Notes: generated by a model not told the origin, from the sequence alone. A stretch of 64,000 nucleotides of DNA from an uncultured Armatimonadetes bacterium (GCA_963716175.1 OY970296.1:1568001-1632000), one strand, 5' to 3'. Shown: positions 30,037-40,395, counted from the stretch's first letter. Numbers and translations are program-made.

Positions 30037-30954
30037 ATGTCCGAGACTTCCTCTCCGCACCCGCAGGGCGGCGCTTTCGACCCCAGGTCAGTGCGCTGCG
30101 TCGGGATTGTGGCGGCACTGCACAAGCGCCGGGTGGCAGCTGCGGTGCGGGAGGTGGTGGCCTGGTGCGAGGAGCGCGGCATCCGGGCCTTGCTTCAGGC
30201 CGAGCAAGCGGCAGCGCTATCTCTCCCTCAACTCGCAGTAGAGCCCTCGGAACTGGGGCGGGCGGCCAATCTGCTGCTGGCGATGGGGGGTGACGGGACT
30301 TTCCTGGCGGCGAGTCGGGTGGGCGCTCCCCGCGGCAAACCCATCCTGGGGATCAACCTGGGCGGCTTCGGGTTCCTGGCTGGCATCCCCCAGGCGGGAA
30401 TGCTGGACTCGTTGGCGGAGGTGATGTCGGGCCGGCTACGCGTGGAGGAGCGGATGATGCTGGCGACGCGAGTGCTGCGGCGGGAGCAGGAGATCGGGTC
30501 GTTCATCGCGCTCAATGACGTGGTAGTGGGGAAGGGGGCCTTTGGACGGCTGCTGCGCTTGCAGACCAGAATCTCCGGCGAGCCGGTCTCGGATCTGCAC
30601 GCCGATGGCATCATCGTCGCCACTCCCACTGGGTCCACAGGCTACACACTGGCCGCCGGGGGGCCGGTGGTGTCACCGCAGGCGCGGGCGCTGATCGTCA
30701 CCCCCATCTGTGCGCACGCGGCGTCGGCGCGGGCGCTGGTGGTGCCGGCCGGGGAAGTGGTCGAGGTCACGGCGCCGGACCCGGAGGGACAGGAAGTGAG
30801 GCTGACCGCGGACGGGCAGGAGGGACTGGAGTTGGGCGCGGGGGACCGGGTGGAGGTGCGGGAGGCGGGGTTCTCGGCCCGCCTGGTCTGCCCGGAGAAT
30901 ACCAGCTTCTACGCGAAGCTACGCGGTAAGCTGGGCTGGATGATCTCGCGCTGA
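30037..30954 (+). CDS. nadK: NAD kinase
   Basis: GGDGTFL, GINLGGFGFL, ALND, DGIIVATPTGSTGY.LAAGGP. Confidence 0.95.
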   Translation: MSETSSPHPQGGAFDPRSVRCVGIVAALHKRRVAAAVREVVAWCEERGIRALLQAEQAAALSLPQLAVEPSELGRAANLLLAMGGDGTFLAASRVGAPRGKPILGINLGGFGFLAGIPQAGMLDSLAEVMSGRLRVEERMMLATRVLRREQEIGSFIALNDVVVGKGAFGRLLRLQTRISGEPVSDLHADGIIVATPTGSTGYTLAAGGPVVSPQARALIVTPICAHAASARALVVPAGEVVEVTAPDPEGQEVRLTADGQEGLELGAGDRVEVREAGFSARLVCPENTSFYAKLRGKLGWMISR

Positions 30955-30967
30955 TGGCGGTGAGGCG

Positions 30968-32098
30968 ATGCGCATTCGGGGCCCGGCAAGAGTTGACCGC
31001 CGCACCAAACACCTGATCCATCGCCTGGGGCCGGGCGATATCGCGGTGATCTCTCACACGGATCTGGACGCGCCCTGCGCCTCGGCGCTGGTGGGCCGGC
31101 GAGTGGCGGCGGTGATCAATGCCCAGCGCTCTCTCTCGGGCCGCTTCCCTCACCGCGGCCCCGGGCTGGTGGTGCGGGCGGGGATACCGCTGGTAGACAA
31201 TGCGGGAGATCACGTGATGGAAGGGGTGCGGGAGGGAGAGCTGCTCGAGATCGTGGATGGCTCGGTCTACTCGAACGGCACGCTGCTGGCGACCGGCACG
31301 GTGCTGACGGATTCGCTGCTCGCCAGCCAACTGGAAGAGGCGAAGCAGGGGCTGAGCGGGGAGCTGGCGCGGTTCGTCGAGAACACGCTGAGCTATGTGG
31401 CGAATGAGCAGTACCTGCTGTTTCAGCCCTCCAGCATGCCGGCGCTCCGCACCCAGATCAAGGGGAGGCATTGCCTGGTGGTGGTCCGCGGCGGCGGGGC
31501 GGAGCAGGACCTGCGCGCGATTCGCTCCTACATCGGGGCGATGTACCCGGTGCTGATCGCGGTGGACGGGGGCGCCGACGTGCTGCTGCAGGAGGGCTAT
31601 ACCCCGGACATCATTGTGGGCGACATGGACAGCGTATCCGACGCGGCGCTGCGGTGCGGCGCGGAGCTGATCGTGCACGCCTACCCGGACGGGATTGCGC
31701 CCGGGCTGCAGCGCCTGGAGGCGCTGGGGCTGCCCTCCACCACGCTCGCCTCGCAGGGGACGAGCGAGGATGTGGCCATGCTGCTGGCCTACGAGCAAGA
31801 CGCGGAACTGATCGCGGCGGTGGGCACTCATTTCTCGCTGACGGAATTCCTCGAGAAATCGCGGGGCGGCATGTCGTCCACGTTTCTGGTGCGGCTGAAG
31901 GTGGGCGCGATTCTGGTGGACGCGAAGGGGATCAGCCGGCTCTACCCCTCCACCCGGTCGGCGCGGCTCTTTCTCTACCTGGGGACAGTGGCGGCAATCA
32001 TCATCCTGGTGCTGCTGACCGTGGCTCCCTCCATCCGCAACGTGCTCGATCTCTGGGGGCTGCGGCTACTGGCATTCTTCAGGTCTTTTCATCTTTGA
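30968..32098 (+). CDS. steA: SteA-like protein (thiamine-pyrophosphokinase-like domain, C-terminal TM)
   Basis: RVDRRTKHL, LIAVDGGAD, IVGDMDSVSD, VHAYPDG, FLEKSRGGMSSTFLVRLKVG..LVDAKG. Confidence 0.85.
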   Translation: MRIRGPARVDRRTKHLIHRLGPGDIAVISHTDLDAPCASALVGRRVAAVINAQRSLSGRFPHRGPGLVVRAGIPLVDNAGDHVMEGVREGELLEIVDGSVYSNGTLLATGTVLTDSLLASQLEEAKQGLSGELARFVENTLSYVANEQYLLFQPSSMPALRTQIKGRHCLVVVRGGGAEQDLRAIRSYIGAMYPVLIAVDGGADVLLQEGYTPDIIVGDMDSVSDAALRCGAELIVHAYPDGIAPGLQRLEALGLPSTTLASQGTSEDVAMLLAYEQDAELIAAVGTHFSLTEFLEKSRGGMSSTFLVRLKVGAILVDAKGISRLYPSTRSARLFLYLGTVAAIIILVLLTVAPSIRNVLDLWGLRLLAFFRSFHL

Positions 32099-32119
32099 GC
32101 ACGAGCCGGTCAGGAGGCT

Positions 32120-33007
32120 GTGGTGCCCATTGACTACCGCTATCATATCGGCAGCTTCGTCGCCATCTTCGTGGCGCTACTGCTGGGAATTCTGATCGGC
32201 ATCGGGCTGGCCCCGAACCCGGAGGAGCTGGACCGCAAGGTGGGAGAGCTGAAACAGCTCTACCGGGAGACACAGACTGCGAAGGAGGCGGAGCTGGCCA
32301 GCCTGGGCCAGGAGAAGAGCGAATATGAGACAGTGGCCAAGGAAGCGGTCTCCGGGGTGATACGCGACCGCTTGGCGGGCCGGCGGGTGGCGATCGTGCT
32401 GGATCACGATTTCGGGCGCGATCCTCTGCCGGATGTGCTGCGGGGGCTGATGAAGCAAGCAGGCGCCACCCTGGCATCTACGACCACCGTCACCCGGGAG
32501 TTCGTCTCCCTGCCCAGGCCGGTGCAGCAGCGGGTGACTGAGCAGCTTGCGCTGTACCCCGCGCCGGGGGTTCACTATCGCAGCCTGATCGCGGAGGCGC
32601 TGGCGCGGGCCTTGGCCCAGGGCCGGCGCGAGGTGGTACTGGAGCTGCAGTCCGCGGGCCTGGTGAAGTCGAGCGCCGACTCCGACTACGGGCCTCCAGT
32701 GGACACCGTGCTGCTGGTGGGCGGAGCGCAGTCGAGCGCGGAGGCCTCGCCGGAGCGGATTGACCTTCCTCTGATCGCGGAGTTGACTCGCCTGCGGGTG
32801 CGGGTGGTTGGCTGCGAGTCCAGCCGGGCTGCGACCTCCTCGACACCACTCTACAAATCGAAGGGGATTCCCACCGTGGACAATGCCGACACCCTGGCGG
32901 GGAGGATGGCGATCGTGCTGGCGCTGGCCGGGGCAGATGGGCACTTCGGTGTGAAGGAAGCGGCCGACCGCTTGCTGCCGGATCTCTCTGCCGCCGGCCG
33001 CCGCTGA
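32120..33007 (+). CDS. SteB/MctB-like (DUF3186) protein
   Basis: IDYRYHIGSFVAIFVALLLGILIG, coiled coil, PTVDNADT..G, GHFG.KE.A; directly after steA. Confidence 0.85.
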   Translation: MVPIDYRYHIGSFVAIFVALLLGILIGIGLAPNPEELDRKVGELKQLYRETQTAKEAELASLGQEKSEYETVAKEAVSGVIRDRLAGRRVAIVLDHDFGRDPLPDVLRGLMKQAGATLASTTTVTREFVSLPRPVQQRVTEQLALYPAPGVHYRSLIAEALARALAQGRREVVLELQSAGLVKSSADSDYGPPVDTVLLVGGAQSSAEASPERIDLPLIAELTRLRVRVVGCESSRAATSSTPLYKSKGIPTVDNADTLAGRMAIVLALAGADGHFGVKEAADRLLPDLSAAGRR

Positions 33008-33010
33008 AAG

Positions 33011-34612
33011 ATGCCGGTCTCAGCCATCATCCCGGCCTACCGAGCCGCCGCCATCGTGGGCGAGACGGTGAAGGCGGCCCGCCGCATTCCCCAGGTGTCG
33101 GAAGTGATCGTGGTGGACGACGGCTCGAACGACGGCACCGGCGAGGCGGCGCGGCTGGCCGGGGCCGATGTGGTGATGGCGCTGCCGAGGAATGCGGGCA
33201 AGGGAGGGGCGCTGGCGGCGGGAGTAGCGGCAGCTCACTGCGATCGCGTGCTCTTTCTCGATGCCGACCTGGGCGGGTCGGCGGCGGAGGCGGGGCCGCT
33301 GGTCGAGGCGGTGGGTGAGGCCGCGGCGATGGCGATCGCGGTGCTGCCGAAACGCGGCGGTGGAGGCGGCTTCGGGCTGGCGCGGGGCCTGGCGTGGGCG
33401 AGCATCCGGCTGCTCGCGGGCCGGGAGGTGGCGGCTCCGCTCTCGGGACAGCGCGCGCTGCCGGCGCAACTGGTGCGGCACGTGGGCCTGGCGCCTCGCT
33501 TTGGGGCGGAGACCGGGCTGACGGTGGAGGTGGCACACCTCAACCTGCCGATCGTGGAGATTCCGCTTCCCCTGGAACACGAGCCGACGGGGCGGACGCT
33601 CTCGGGATTCCTGCACCGCGGCAGGCAGTTCAGGGATGTGCTGCGGTTTGCTCTGCTGGCGGGGTATGGGCTGGGATGGCCGGCGCTGTCACCGGCGCGG
33701 ACGGCGGTCCGCATGGCGGCGTGGCTGGCGGCGCTGGCGGCGGTGATCGCGCTGGCAGGGGTGAGGTTGCCATCGGCGGCCGAGCTGGTGGGCATCACGG
33801 CTGGGGCCGGGGTGGCCGCGTGGCTCCCGTCGCTGTGGGTGGGCGCGGTGTGGCTTCGGCTGCGGAGGCCCAACTACCTGGGCCGGTCGCTGCCGGCAGG
33901 GGCGGGGCTGCTGTTTCTTGCGGTGGGGCTGCCGGCGCTCTGGTTCTCGCCACTTGCCAGGGAGCTGCGCGCGCCGGGGCTGATCGTGGTCGGCGTGCTG
34001 GGCGCGGCCGGTCTGCTGGACGATCTGCTGGCGCGGCGGCGCCAGGCGCGGGGGCTGCGCGGGCACCTGGGGTCTCTGCTGCGGGGGAGGCTGACCACAG
34101 GCGCAGTGAAGGCCATCGCCGGACTGGGCGCAGGCCTGGCGGCCGGCGCGATGCTGGCGCCCGGGCGGCCCGCGATGATAGCACTGGACGCGCTGCTGAT
34201 CGCGCTCTCCGCGAACGTGGTCAACCTGCTCGACCTGCGGCCGAGCCGGGCCCTGAAGGGGTTCGGGGTGATGTGCGCGGTGGCGATCGCGGCCTCGCCC
34301 AAATCCATTGACCTGCTGGGGCCGCTGCTGGCGCTGGCGGTGGTGGCGGCGCCGGCCGAGTTTGCGGGGCGGGTGATGCTGGGCGATGTGGGGGCGAATG
34401 TGCTGGGGGGCGCGGCGGGCCTGGGGCTGGCGATTGCGCTATCACCGGTAGCGCGCTTGATGGCAGTCGCGCTCTTGCTTGCGGTTCACCTGGTCTGCGA
34501 ACGCGTTTCCCTGACCGACGTGATTGCGGGAAACCGCGTGCTGGCCTGGCTCGACCGCATCGGCACCGCGCACCTGGCGCCATTCCCGGCGCCGGAGGCG
34601 GTGAAGACGTGA
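33011..34612 (+). CDS. Fusion of GT2 glycosyltransferase and MraY/WecA-like membrane domain
   Basis: N-terminal IIPAY, VVDDGS, GKGGAL, FLDAD; C-terminal PNYLG, GLLDD, NLLDLRP.RALK, MLGDVGAN. Confidence 0.8.
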   Translation: MPVSAIIPAYRAAAIVGETVKAARRIPQVSEVIVVDDGSNDGTGEAARLAGADVVMALPRNAGKGGALAAGVAAAHCDRVLFLDADLGGSAAEAGPLVEAVGEAAAMAIAVLPKRGGGGGFGLARGLAWASIRLLAGREVAAPLSGQRALPAQLVRHVGLAPRFGAETGLTVEVAHLNLPIVEIPLPLEHEPTGRTLSGFLHRGRQFRDVLRFALLAGYGLGWPALSPARTAVRMAAWLAALAAVIALAGVRLPSAAELVGITAGAGVAAWLPSLWVGAVWLRLRRPNYLGRSLPAGAGLLFLAVGLPALWFSPLARELRAPGLIVVGVLGAAGLLDDLLARRRQARGLRGHLGSLLRGRLTTGAVKAIAGLGAGLAAGAMLAPGRPAMIALDALLIALSANVVNLLDLRPSRALKGFGVMCAVAIAASPKSIDLLGPLLALAVVAAPAEFAGRVMLGDVGANVLGGAAGLGLAIALSPVARLMAVALLLAVHLVCERVSLTDVIAGNRVLAWLDRIGTAHLAPFPAPEAVKT

Positions 34613-35319
34613 GGGCGGAGCCGGCGCCTGTGCTCTCGGCGCAGCCCACCGTGATCTTCACCGGGGCCTATGGCAGCGGGAAGACGGAGGTGGCGATCAA
34701 CTACGCGCTGGCGGCGCGGGCGAGGGGCAAGGCCGCGTGCATCGTGGACCTGGATGTGGTCACGCCCTACTTCCGGGTGGGGGACTACCGGGAGCAGCTC
34801 AAGCGGGCGGGCGTGCGGGTGGTAGCGCCGGAGGGCGGGCTGGCTTCGTTCGAGCTGCCCGCGCTGCCGGCGGAGATCGCGGGCGCGCTGGATGATCGCA
34901 CCATGCACGTGGTGCTGGACGCGGGGGGCGACCCGGAGGGGGCGCGCCTGCTGGCGATCTACGCGGACCGGATCAGAGGCCGGGGATATGACCTGTGGGT
35001 GGTGGTGAATCCTTTTCGTCCGGCCACCAGCTCGGCGGCTGCGGCGGCGGAGCAGGCGCGAGCGATCGAGGAGCAAACCGGCCTGCGCCTCACCGGGGTG
35101 GTGGCGAACCCGAATCTCGGACCCGCAACGACGGTTGCGGAGGTAAGGCGCGGCCTGGAGATCATCCAGCAAGGTGCGGCGCGGCTGGGGCTGCCGGTAG
35201 TGCTGGTGGCAGCCGCACGTTCGCTGGCGCTGGAGGAGCGGCTGCTCGGGGTCAGGGTGCTGGCGCTGGAGCTGGCGGTGAGGTTGCCGTGGGAGGGGGG
35301 AAGCGGAATGGGCGCATAG
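34609..35319 (+). CDS. P-loop ATP-binding protein (MinD/ParA/CobQ-like)
   Basis: FTGAYGSGKTEVAINYA, VDLDVVTPYFR, LDAGGD, VNPFRP. Confidence 0.85.
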   Translation: MRAEPAPVLSAQPTVIFTGAYGSGKTEVAINYALAARARGKAACIVDLDVVTPYFRVGDYREQLKRAGVRVVAPEGGLASFELPALPAEIAGALDDRTMHVVLDAGGDPEGARLLAIYADRIRGRGYDLWVVVNPFRPATSSAAAAAEQARAIEEQTGLRLTGVVANPNLGPATTVAEVRRGLEIIQQGAARLGLPVVLVAAARSLALEERLLGVRVLALELAVRLPWEGGSGMGA

Positions 35320-35462
35320 CGGCGCATATGTCGCGCTCGGCGCTGTGTCAGTCACGGCTGCTCGATGTGACCGTCAATCTGCCGTTACAGCAGCGAGAGG
35401 ATGTGTTCTGTTCCCCTGCGAACTACGCTGACCGGCGTGATCACACAGGAGGCGGTCGCAGC

Positions 35463-36488
35463 ATGGGCGACGCCGCACGGGGCCCCTGCATATACTGCCG
35501 GGCGTTAGCACAACCGGGGGCGATGAAGCCGCCCAGAGAGCACGTGATACCTGCTTCGCTGTCGGCCGGCTTCGCTGGCAACCTGACGATCCCATGCGTG
35601 TGCCTTCGGTGCAACCGAAGGCTAGGAAAGGAACTTGACCAGATCCTAGTCGAGGGCACGCTGCTAGGCCCACTTCGGTACCGATCAGGCCTCAAGCAGG
35701 ACGTGCACCGAGCGCCAGTACCACGGGCGCCCCGCTTCACGGTCCTGTGGCGAGGCATGAACCTCCAGCTAAGACCGCGCGCTGACGGGCTCGACTACGA
35801 GCTCCATCTGCCGACACAGGTGGGCTTCCGGTGCCGCGAAACGGGGGAGTTCAGGTACTGGCTGCTCAGCGAGCTGTGCACTGTCCGGACCGACGCAGCA
35901 GTTGATACCGACGGAGAGCATCACATCGTTGGCGAAGATCCAAGCTACCTCGAAGATGCGGTCCGAAGTCTTGCGGAAGTCGGTATAGAGTCAGTAGGAC
36001 ACACCCGCGAACAGGTGCCCTTGTCGGGATCTAGCCCCGGTGGCGAGCCGTGTCAGCTCGATGTCGAGACATGTACTCTGGTTGATACTACGATCAAGCG
36101 GAGCATGGCGAAAATCGCCTTCAACTACCTGGCGTGGATTGTCATGGCCAGGACTGGGCGATCGGACTGGCTCATGCGCGACGAGTTTGACACGGTCAGA
36201 AGCTACGTGGTGGATCCGGCATCAACGTCTGGACCTCGACTCGCCACGGGTGCGAGACCACAGTGGCGCGGGAGTCCGGGGGCGGGCGCGCTGACCGGCC
36301 ATGTCGTCACATTGTCCTGGGAGCGCGGCCGCACCGACATTGTTGCGAGAGTCAGTCTGTTCTCCGAGCTGTCCTGGGATGTCGAACTGGCACGGTCGTT
36401 CCGCGGAGTCTGGTGGGAACTGTCATCAGGCCACCTCTGGGACCTGGACACACGGACTGTCAGCATGATGCGGAAGGCATCGATCTGA
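35463..36488 (+). CDS. HNH endonuclease domain protein
   Basis: CIYC...EHVIPASL...CLRCN at N-terminus, AKIAFNYL in C-terminal part; atypical codon usage. Confidence 0.8.
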   Translation: MGDAARGPCIYCRALAQPGAMKPPREHVIPASLSAGFAGNLTIPCVCLRCNRRLGKELDQILVEGTLLGPLRYRSGLKQDVHRAPVPRAPRFTVLWRGMNLQLRPRADGLDYELHLPTQVGFRCRETGEFRYWLLSELCTVRTDAAVDTDGEHHIVGEDPSYLEDAVRSLAEVGIESVGHTREQVPLSGSSPGGEPCQLDVETCTLVDTTIKRSMAKIAFNYLAWIVMARTGRSDWLMRDEFDTVRSYVVDPASTSGPRLATGARPQWRGSPGAGALTGHVVTLSWERGRTDIVARVSLFSELSWDVELARSFRGVWWELSSGHLWDLDTRTVSMMRKASI

Positions 36489-36809
36489 CTGGGGACCGTG
36501 TCATGCCCACACGGGTTGCTTCATTGGAGCTCGTACTCCCATGGGCTCATACGGAGCGCTATGGCGCCATTGGCGCTGTCGCCTCTGCGGGAGGCGTTGG
36601 GGTTCGGCCTCTGCGCGAATGCGTTGCTGCGAGATCCTCCGCTGGGATCCGGAGGCGCAGGAGTGGGGCGGAGGTGGGGTGGGGCAGGTCGCGTGGCTAG
36701 GCCTGTGCAGCAGGCCGTGGCTAGGCTTCCAGCCGCCATCCCGGTCGAAGACCTAGGGACCACCCCGGCCGCGGCAGGCGGCCCAGGGGGACCTACCCTG
36801 CCGAAGGCG

Positions 36810-37068
36810 GCCGGCGGGCATGCAAGATATGCCCGCCCGACAGAGGGTGTCGCAAAAAGGGCTCACCGCGGGTGAGCGGCTTCAGCCATGGGGCCTGCGA
36901 GGCAACTGGGCAGGAGCAAGCTCCCGCCGAACGGGTTTCGCGATACACTCTACAGGGGTAGGTCGCGGATTCCTTCGGCTGCGCTCGGGACAGGCCTGCG
37001 CTACTACCCCAGATCGCCCGGAGGGCCAGGCTCGCACGTTGTGGGCAGGTCGGGGGACCTGCCCTACT
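36810..37068. repeat. Cluster of REP-like palindromes (families B and C)
   Basis: GCCGGCGGGCATG...ATGCCCGCCCGAC (cf. 10752-10780), GGGGTAG...CTACCCC with family C core, GGGCAGGTC...GACCTGCCCTAC. Confidence 0.6.
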
Positions 37069-37220
37069 GGGGTCGCAGGGTTACGCTCAGGATGATAACC
37101 GGGGCAGGAGGCCGGCTCCTGCCCAACGTGAATGCGGCGGGAGAGGGTGTGACTTCCGCCCTGTCGAAAGCGCTGAGGGACGGGTTCCGGTACTGTAAGG
37201 GGCCCAGGAGGCGAGGACAG

Positions 37221-38456
37221 ATGCTCAAGGTTGGGTTTGTCGGAGCAGGTTTCGTTGCGAAGTTCCATGCCACTGCGCTGTGTTCGGTGCGTGGTGTTGA
37301 GGTGGCCGGCGTGACGGCTCTCGCCGGCGCGGAAGCACTCTCACAACAAATCCGAGGACTGGGGATCGGCGCCGGCAGGGTGTTCCCGACGGTGGGCGAG
37401 TTGTGCAAGAAGGTAGACGTGGTGGCCATCTTCGCTCCCAACTACGCGCGATTGGAAGTCATGCAGATGATCGCGGAAACTCGAACAGCCGGGGCTGAAC
37501 TCAAGGGGATCATCTGCGAGAAGCCCCTGGCGCGCAACGTGAGGGAAGCTGAAGCCATGGTGGCACTGGCTCGGGACGCCAAGGTGCTCACGGCGTATTT
37601 CGAGAACCAGATCCACATGCCCGCGGTTCGCAACGCCAGAGCACAACTGGCCAGCGTCGAGCAGGTAATGGGTCCTGTGCATCTGACTCGATCCGCCGAG
37701 GAGCACGGCGGGCCCCATGAGCCCTGGTTCTGGGATCCAACCCGGCAGGGCGGCGGCGTCCTCTGCGATATGGGCTGTCACTCGATTGCCGTGGGATGGT
37801 ATATGCTCACGCCCTCGGGGAAGGGACCGAGATTCCTATCACCGCGTCGGGTCGCCGCCCAGACCATGCTTCTGAAATGGGGTCTTGAGGAGTGGCGTAG
37901 TAAGCTGATGGCGCGTGGAGTTGACTACTCTAAGCACCCAGCCGAGGACTATGCTACAGGCACCATTGCGTTCCAGCACCCGGAGACCCACCAGGTGGTC
38001 CTGGCGCAGTTCACCGATTCCTGGATGTACGATGCTCCGGGTCTAAGGCTGCTGATGGAGGCTCTGGGGCCGGGCTACTCCTACACCGTCAACAGCCTTG
38101 AGTCTCCGGCAGGACTGTTCATCAGCGATGAGGCCGCGGCCGCGGTCGTGGACAAGGAGATAGCATTGGAGAAGTCCCAGGCAAGCCGCGGTGCACTCGT
38201 GCTGCAACCGAACGAGGCCGACTTGTATGGGTACGTCAACGAGTGGCGAGACGCGGTTGCCGCATTCTCGGAACAGCGGAACGGCCTTCTGGACTGGGAA
38301 TACGGCCGAGACATCACGCGCCTCGTGATGGCCGCTTACCTCTCGGCCGAGAAAGGGGTGACCATTGATCTCGGCGATCCCGAGGTCATCGCGAGCCTGG
38401 TCACCTACATCCCTGCTATCCAGGCCGGGGACGGCTGCAAAGTGCTCGGCCTATGA
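37221..38456 (+). CDS. Gfo/Idh/MocA-family oxidoreductase
   Basis: VGFVGAGFVA, ICEKPLA, GGGVLCDMGCH. Confidence 0.92.
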   Translation: MLKVGFVGAGFVAKFHATALCSVRGVEVAGVTALAGAEALSQQIRGLGIGAGRVFPTVGELCKKVDVVAIFAPNYARLEVMQMIAETRTAGAELKGIICEKPLARNVREAEAMVALARDAKVLTAYFENQIHMPAVRNARAQLASVEQVMGPVHLTRSAEEHGGPHEPWFWDPTRQGGGVLCDMGCHSIAVGWYMLTPSGKGPRFLSPRRVAAQTMLLKWGLEEWRSKLMARGVDYSKHPAEDYATGTIAFQHPETHQVVLAQFTDSWMYDAPGLRLLMEALGPGYSYTVNSLESPAGLFISDEAAAAVVDKEIALEKSQASRGALVLQPNEADLYGYVNEWRDAVAAFSEQRNGLLDWEYGRDITRLVMAAYLSAEKGVTIDLGDPEVIASLVTYIPAIQAGDGCKVLGL

Positions 38457-38562
38457 CCATCGCGAGACGGGCGTAGTATTGCAGAAGTGATCTGTGGTGC
38501 GAGAGTGGCCCGGAGGTGGGGTGGAGCAGGTGCCTAGGCCTGCTGACTGACGGAGGCGAGGT

Positions 38563-39360
38563 ATGCATCCTGCGCTGAGAGAGCTGCTCGACCAGACGGT
38601 GGCGCGGTTCCGGGAAGATGCCCGCGCCATCGCCGCCTTTCACAGCGGGTCCATCGGGACAGAGCACGAGGATGAGTATTCCGACGTGGACCCGGTGTTC
38701 GTGATCGCGCCCGAGGCATTCGAGGAGGTGGACTCAGAGCTGCCGGGGATCTTCCAGGGGCTGTGCGAAGTCATCCATCTCTGGTGGCCGGAGCGGGGCC
38801 ATAGCGACAGGTGGCGGAACTACGCTTGTCTGTTCGAGGCCGGTGGGGCGCTCTTGCAGTACGATGTGACCATCATGAAGCCTCCGGCGGAGCTGCCCAT
38901 CCGGGTGGCGCCGCCGCAGTTCCTGTTCGACAAGGCCGGGCTGCTGGCAGTGGCGGCGCCGGAGCCGCAGCCAGTCCACGCGCCAAGCCGCCTGCTGTGG
39001 ACGGTGCAGCGGTACTGGCTCTACGTGTTCATCCAGGCGAAATACCTGCGGCGGGGCGATCCCTTCAAGCTGGCCTTCGCCCAGGGGGAGCTGTTCCAGG
39101 ACCATCTTCAGGTTCTGCGCGCGCGGCACGGGCAGGCCGATACGGATTGGTGGCCTCTGGCGGCAAGGGCGGGGGTGTCACCGGAGCGCCGGGATGAGAT
39201 GCTGCTGTATTTCGGGCCGCCCGACCGCGACTCAGTCCTGTCAGCGCTGCCGCGCGAGCTGGATGCCTTCTCGCGGGATGCCCGGGCCGCTTGCACTCGC
39301 TGGGGGCTCCCATACCCCGAGGCCCTCGAGAGCACCGTGCGGGCCCATGTCGGGAGGTAA
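38563..39360 (+). CDS. Pol-beta-like nucleotidyltransferase (aminoglycoside/lincosamide adenylyltransferase-like)
   Basis: SGSIG...DEYSDVD motif; helical C-terminal domain (YWLY...AKYLRRG). Confidence 0.75.
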   Translation: MHPALRELLDQTVARFREDARAIAAFHSGSIGTEHEDEYSDVDPVFVIAPEAFEEVDSELPGIFQGLCEVIHLWWPERGHSDRWRNYACLFEAGGALLQYDVTIMKPPAELPIRVAPPQFLFDKAGLLAVAAPEPQPVHAPSRLLWTVQRYWLYVFIQAKYLRRGDPFKLAFAQGELFQDHLQVLRARHGQADTDWWPLAARAGVSPERRDEMLLYFGPPDRDSVLSALPRELDAFSRDARAACTRWGLPYPEALESTVRAHVGR

Positions 39361-39441
39361 TGCCGGCTGCTCCCGGCCTCGGTGATCGTACCGCGCGCGA
39401 GACCGGCAGGGGATGCGGTCGGGGGTGACGAAGAAGTGGTC

Positions 39442-39669
39442 ATGTCCAAGACAACGACGCGCGCGAGCGTGATTATAGATGAGGAGCTGTGCAAAGGGTG
39501 TGGGTTGTGCATCATGGCCTGCGGGCGCCAGGTGTTGGGGCTGGCCAGGCACATCAACAGCCGAGGCTTTCATCCGGCGGCTGCGCTGCACCTGGAGAGG
39601 TGCACGGCCTGCGCGCAGTGCGGGGTGATGTGTCCCGACGCGTGCATCACCATCATGAAGTCAGAATAG
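39442..39669 (+). CDS. 2x[4Fe-4S] ferredoxin (2-oxoacid:ferredoxin oxidoreductase delta-subunit-like)
   Basis: CKGCGLCIMAC and CTACAQCGVMCPD; N.RGFHP linker. Confidence 0.9.
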   Translation: MSKTTTRASVIIDEELCKGCGLCIMACGRQVLGLARHINSRGFHPAAALHLERCTACAQCGVMCPDACITIMKSE

Positions 39670-39696
39670 GAGCAAGTCGCGGCAGGAATGCTGCTC

Positions 39697-40395
39697 CTAC
39701 GGTGATAGTTGCTCTCGGCGGAGCTCTCGCCACTCCTCCAGGATCTTCGCGGTCTGGCTCACGCCGATGCGGCGGACGCCGAGTTCGCGGAGATGCAGGA
39801 TCCGGGCGCAGGTCCGGATGCCGCCGGCGGCCTTCACGCCCATCTCAGGGCCGGCCTCCTCCAGCATCAGCAGCACGTCCTCCTCTGTCGCTCCGCCGCT
39901 GCCATAGCCGGTGGAGGTCTTGATGAAATCGGCACCGACTCGGCGGCTGATGCGGCAGAGCTGGCGCTTCTCGTCATCGGATAGATAGCAGTTCTCGAAG
40001 ATCACCTTCACCAGCGCGCCGCTCTCGTGGCCGGCCTCCACTACGGCCCCGATCTCATCCTCCAGGTAGCGCCAGTCGCCGCTCTTCGCCTTGCCGATGT
40101 TCACGACCATGTCCAGCTCCTGCGCGCCGGTGCCCACTGCACCCCTGGCCTCAGCGACTTTGATGGCGATGGCGTGGCCGCCGTGCGGGAAGCCCACGGT
40201 GGCGCCGGCGGCGACGGATGAGTTCTCCAGCAGCTGGCGGGCGCGCCCCACGAAGTAGGGCTTGATGCAGACGCAGGCCACACCCCATTCGGCGGCCGAC
40301 TGGCAGCCGGCCTCGAGCTCCTGGTCGGTGAGAGCGGGCTGCAGCAGGGAATGGTCGAGCAGTTTGGCGATCTCGGGCCAGTCGGGGGTGGTCAT
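39697..40395 (-). CDS. deoC: Deoxyribose-phosphate aldolase
   Basis: LDHSLL, VGFPHG, ELDMV, KVIFE, FIKTSTG, VKAAGGIR. Confidence 0.95.
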   Translation of the reverse strand: MTTPDWPEIAKLLDHSLLQPALTDQELEAGCQSAAEWGVACVCIKPYFVGRARQLLENSSVAAGATVGFPHGGHAIAIKVAEARGAVGTGAQELDMVVNIGKAKSGDWRYLEDEIGAVVEAGHESGALVKVIFENCYLSDDEKRQLCRISRRVGADFIKTSTGYGSGGATEEDVLLMLEEAGPEMGVKAAGGIRTCARILHLRELGVRRIGVSQTAKILEEWRELRREQLSP

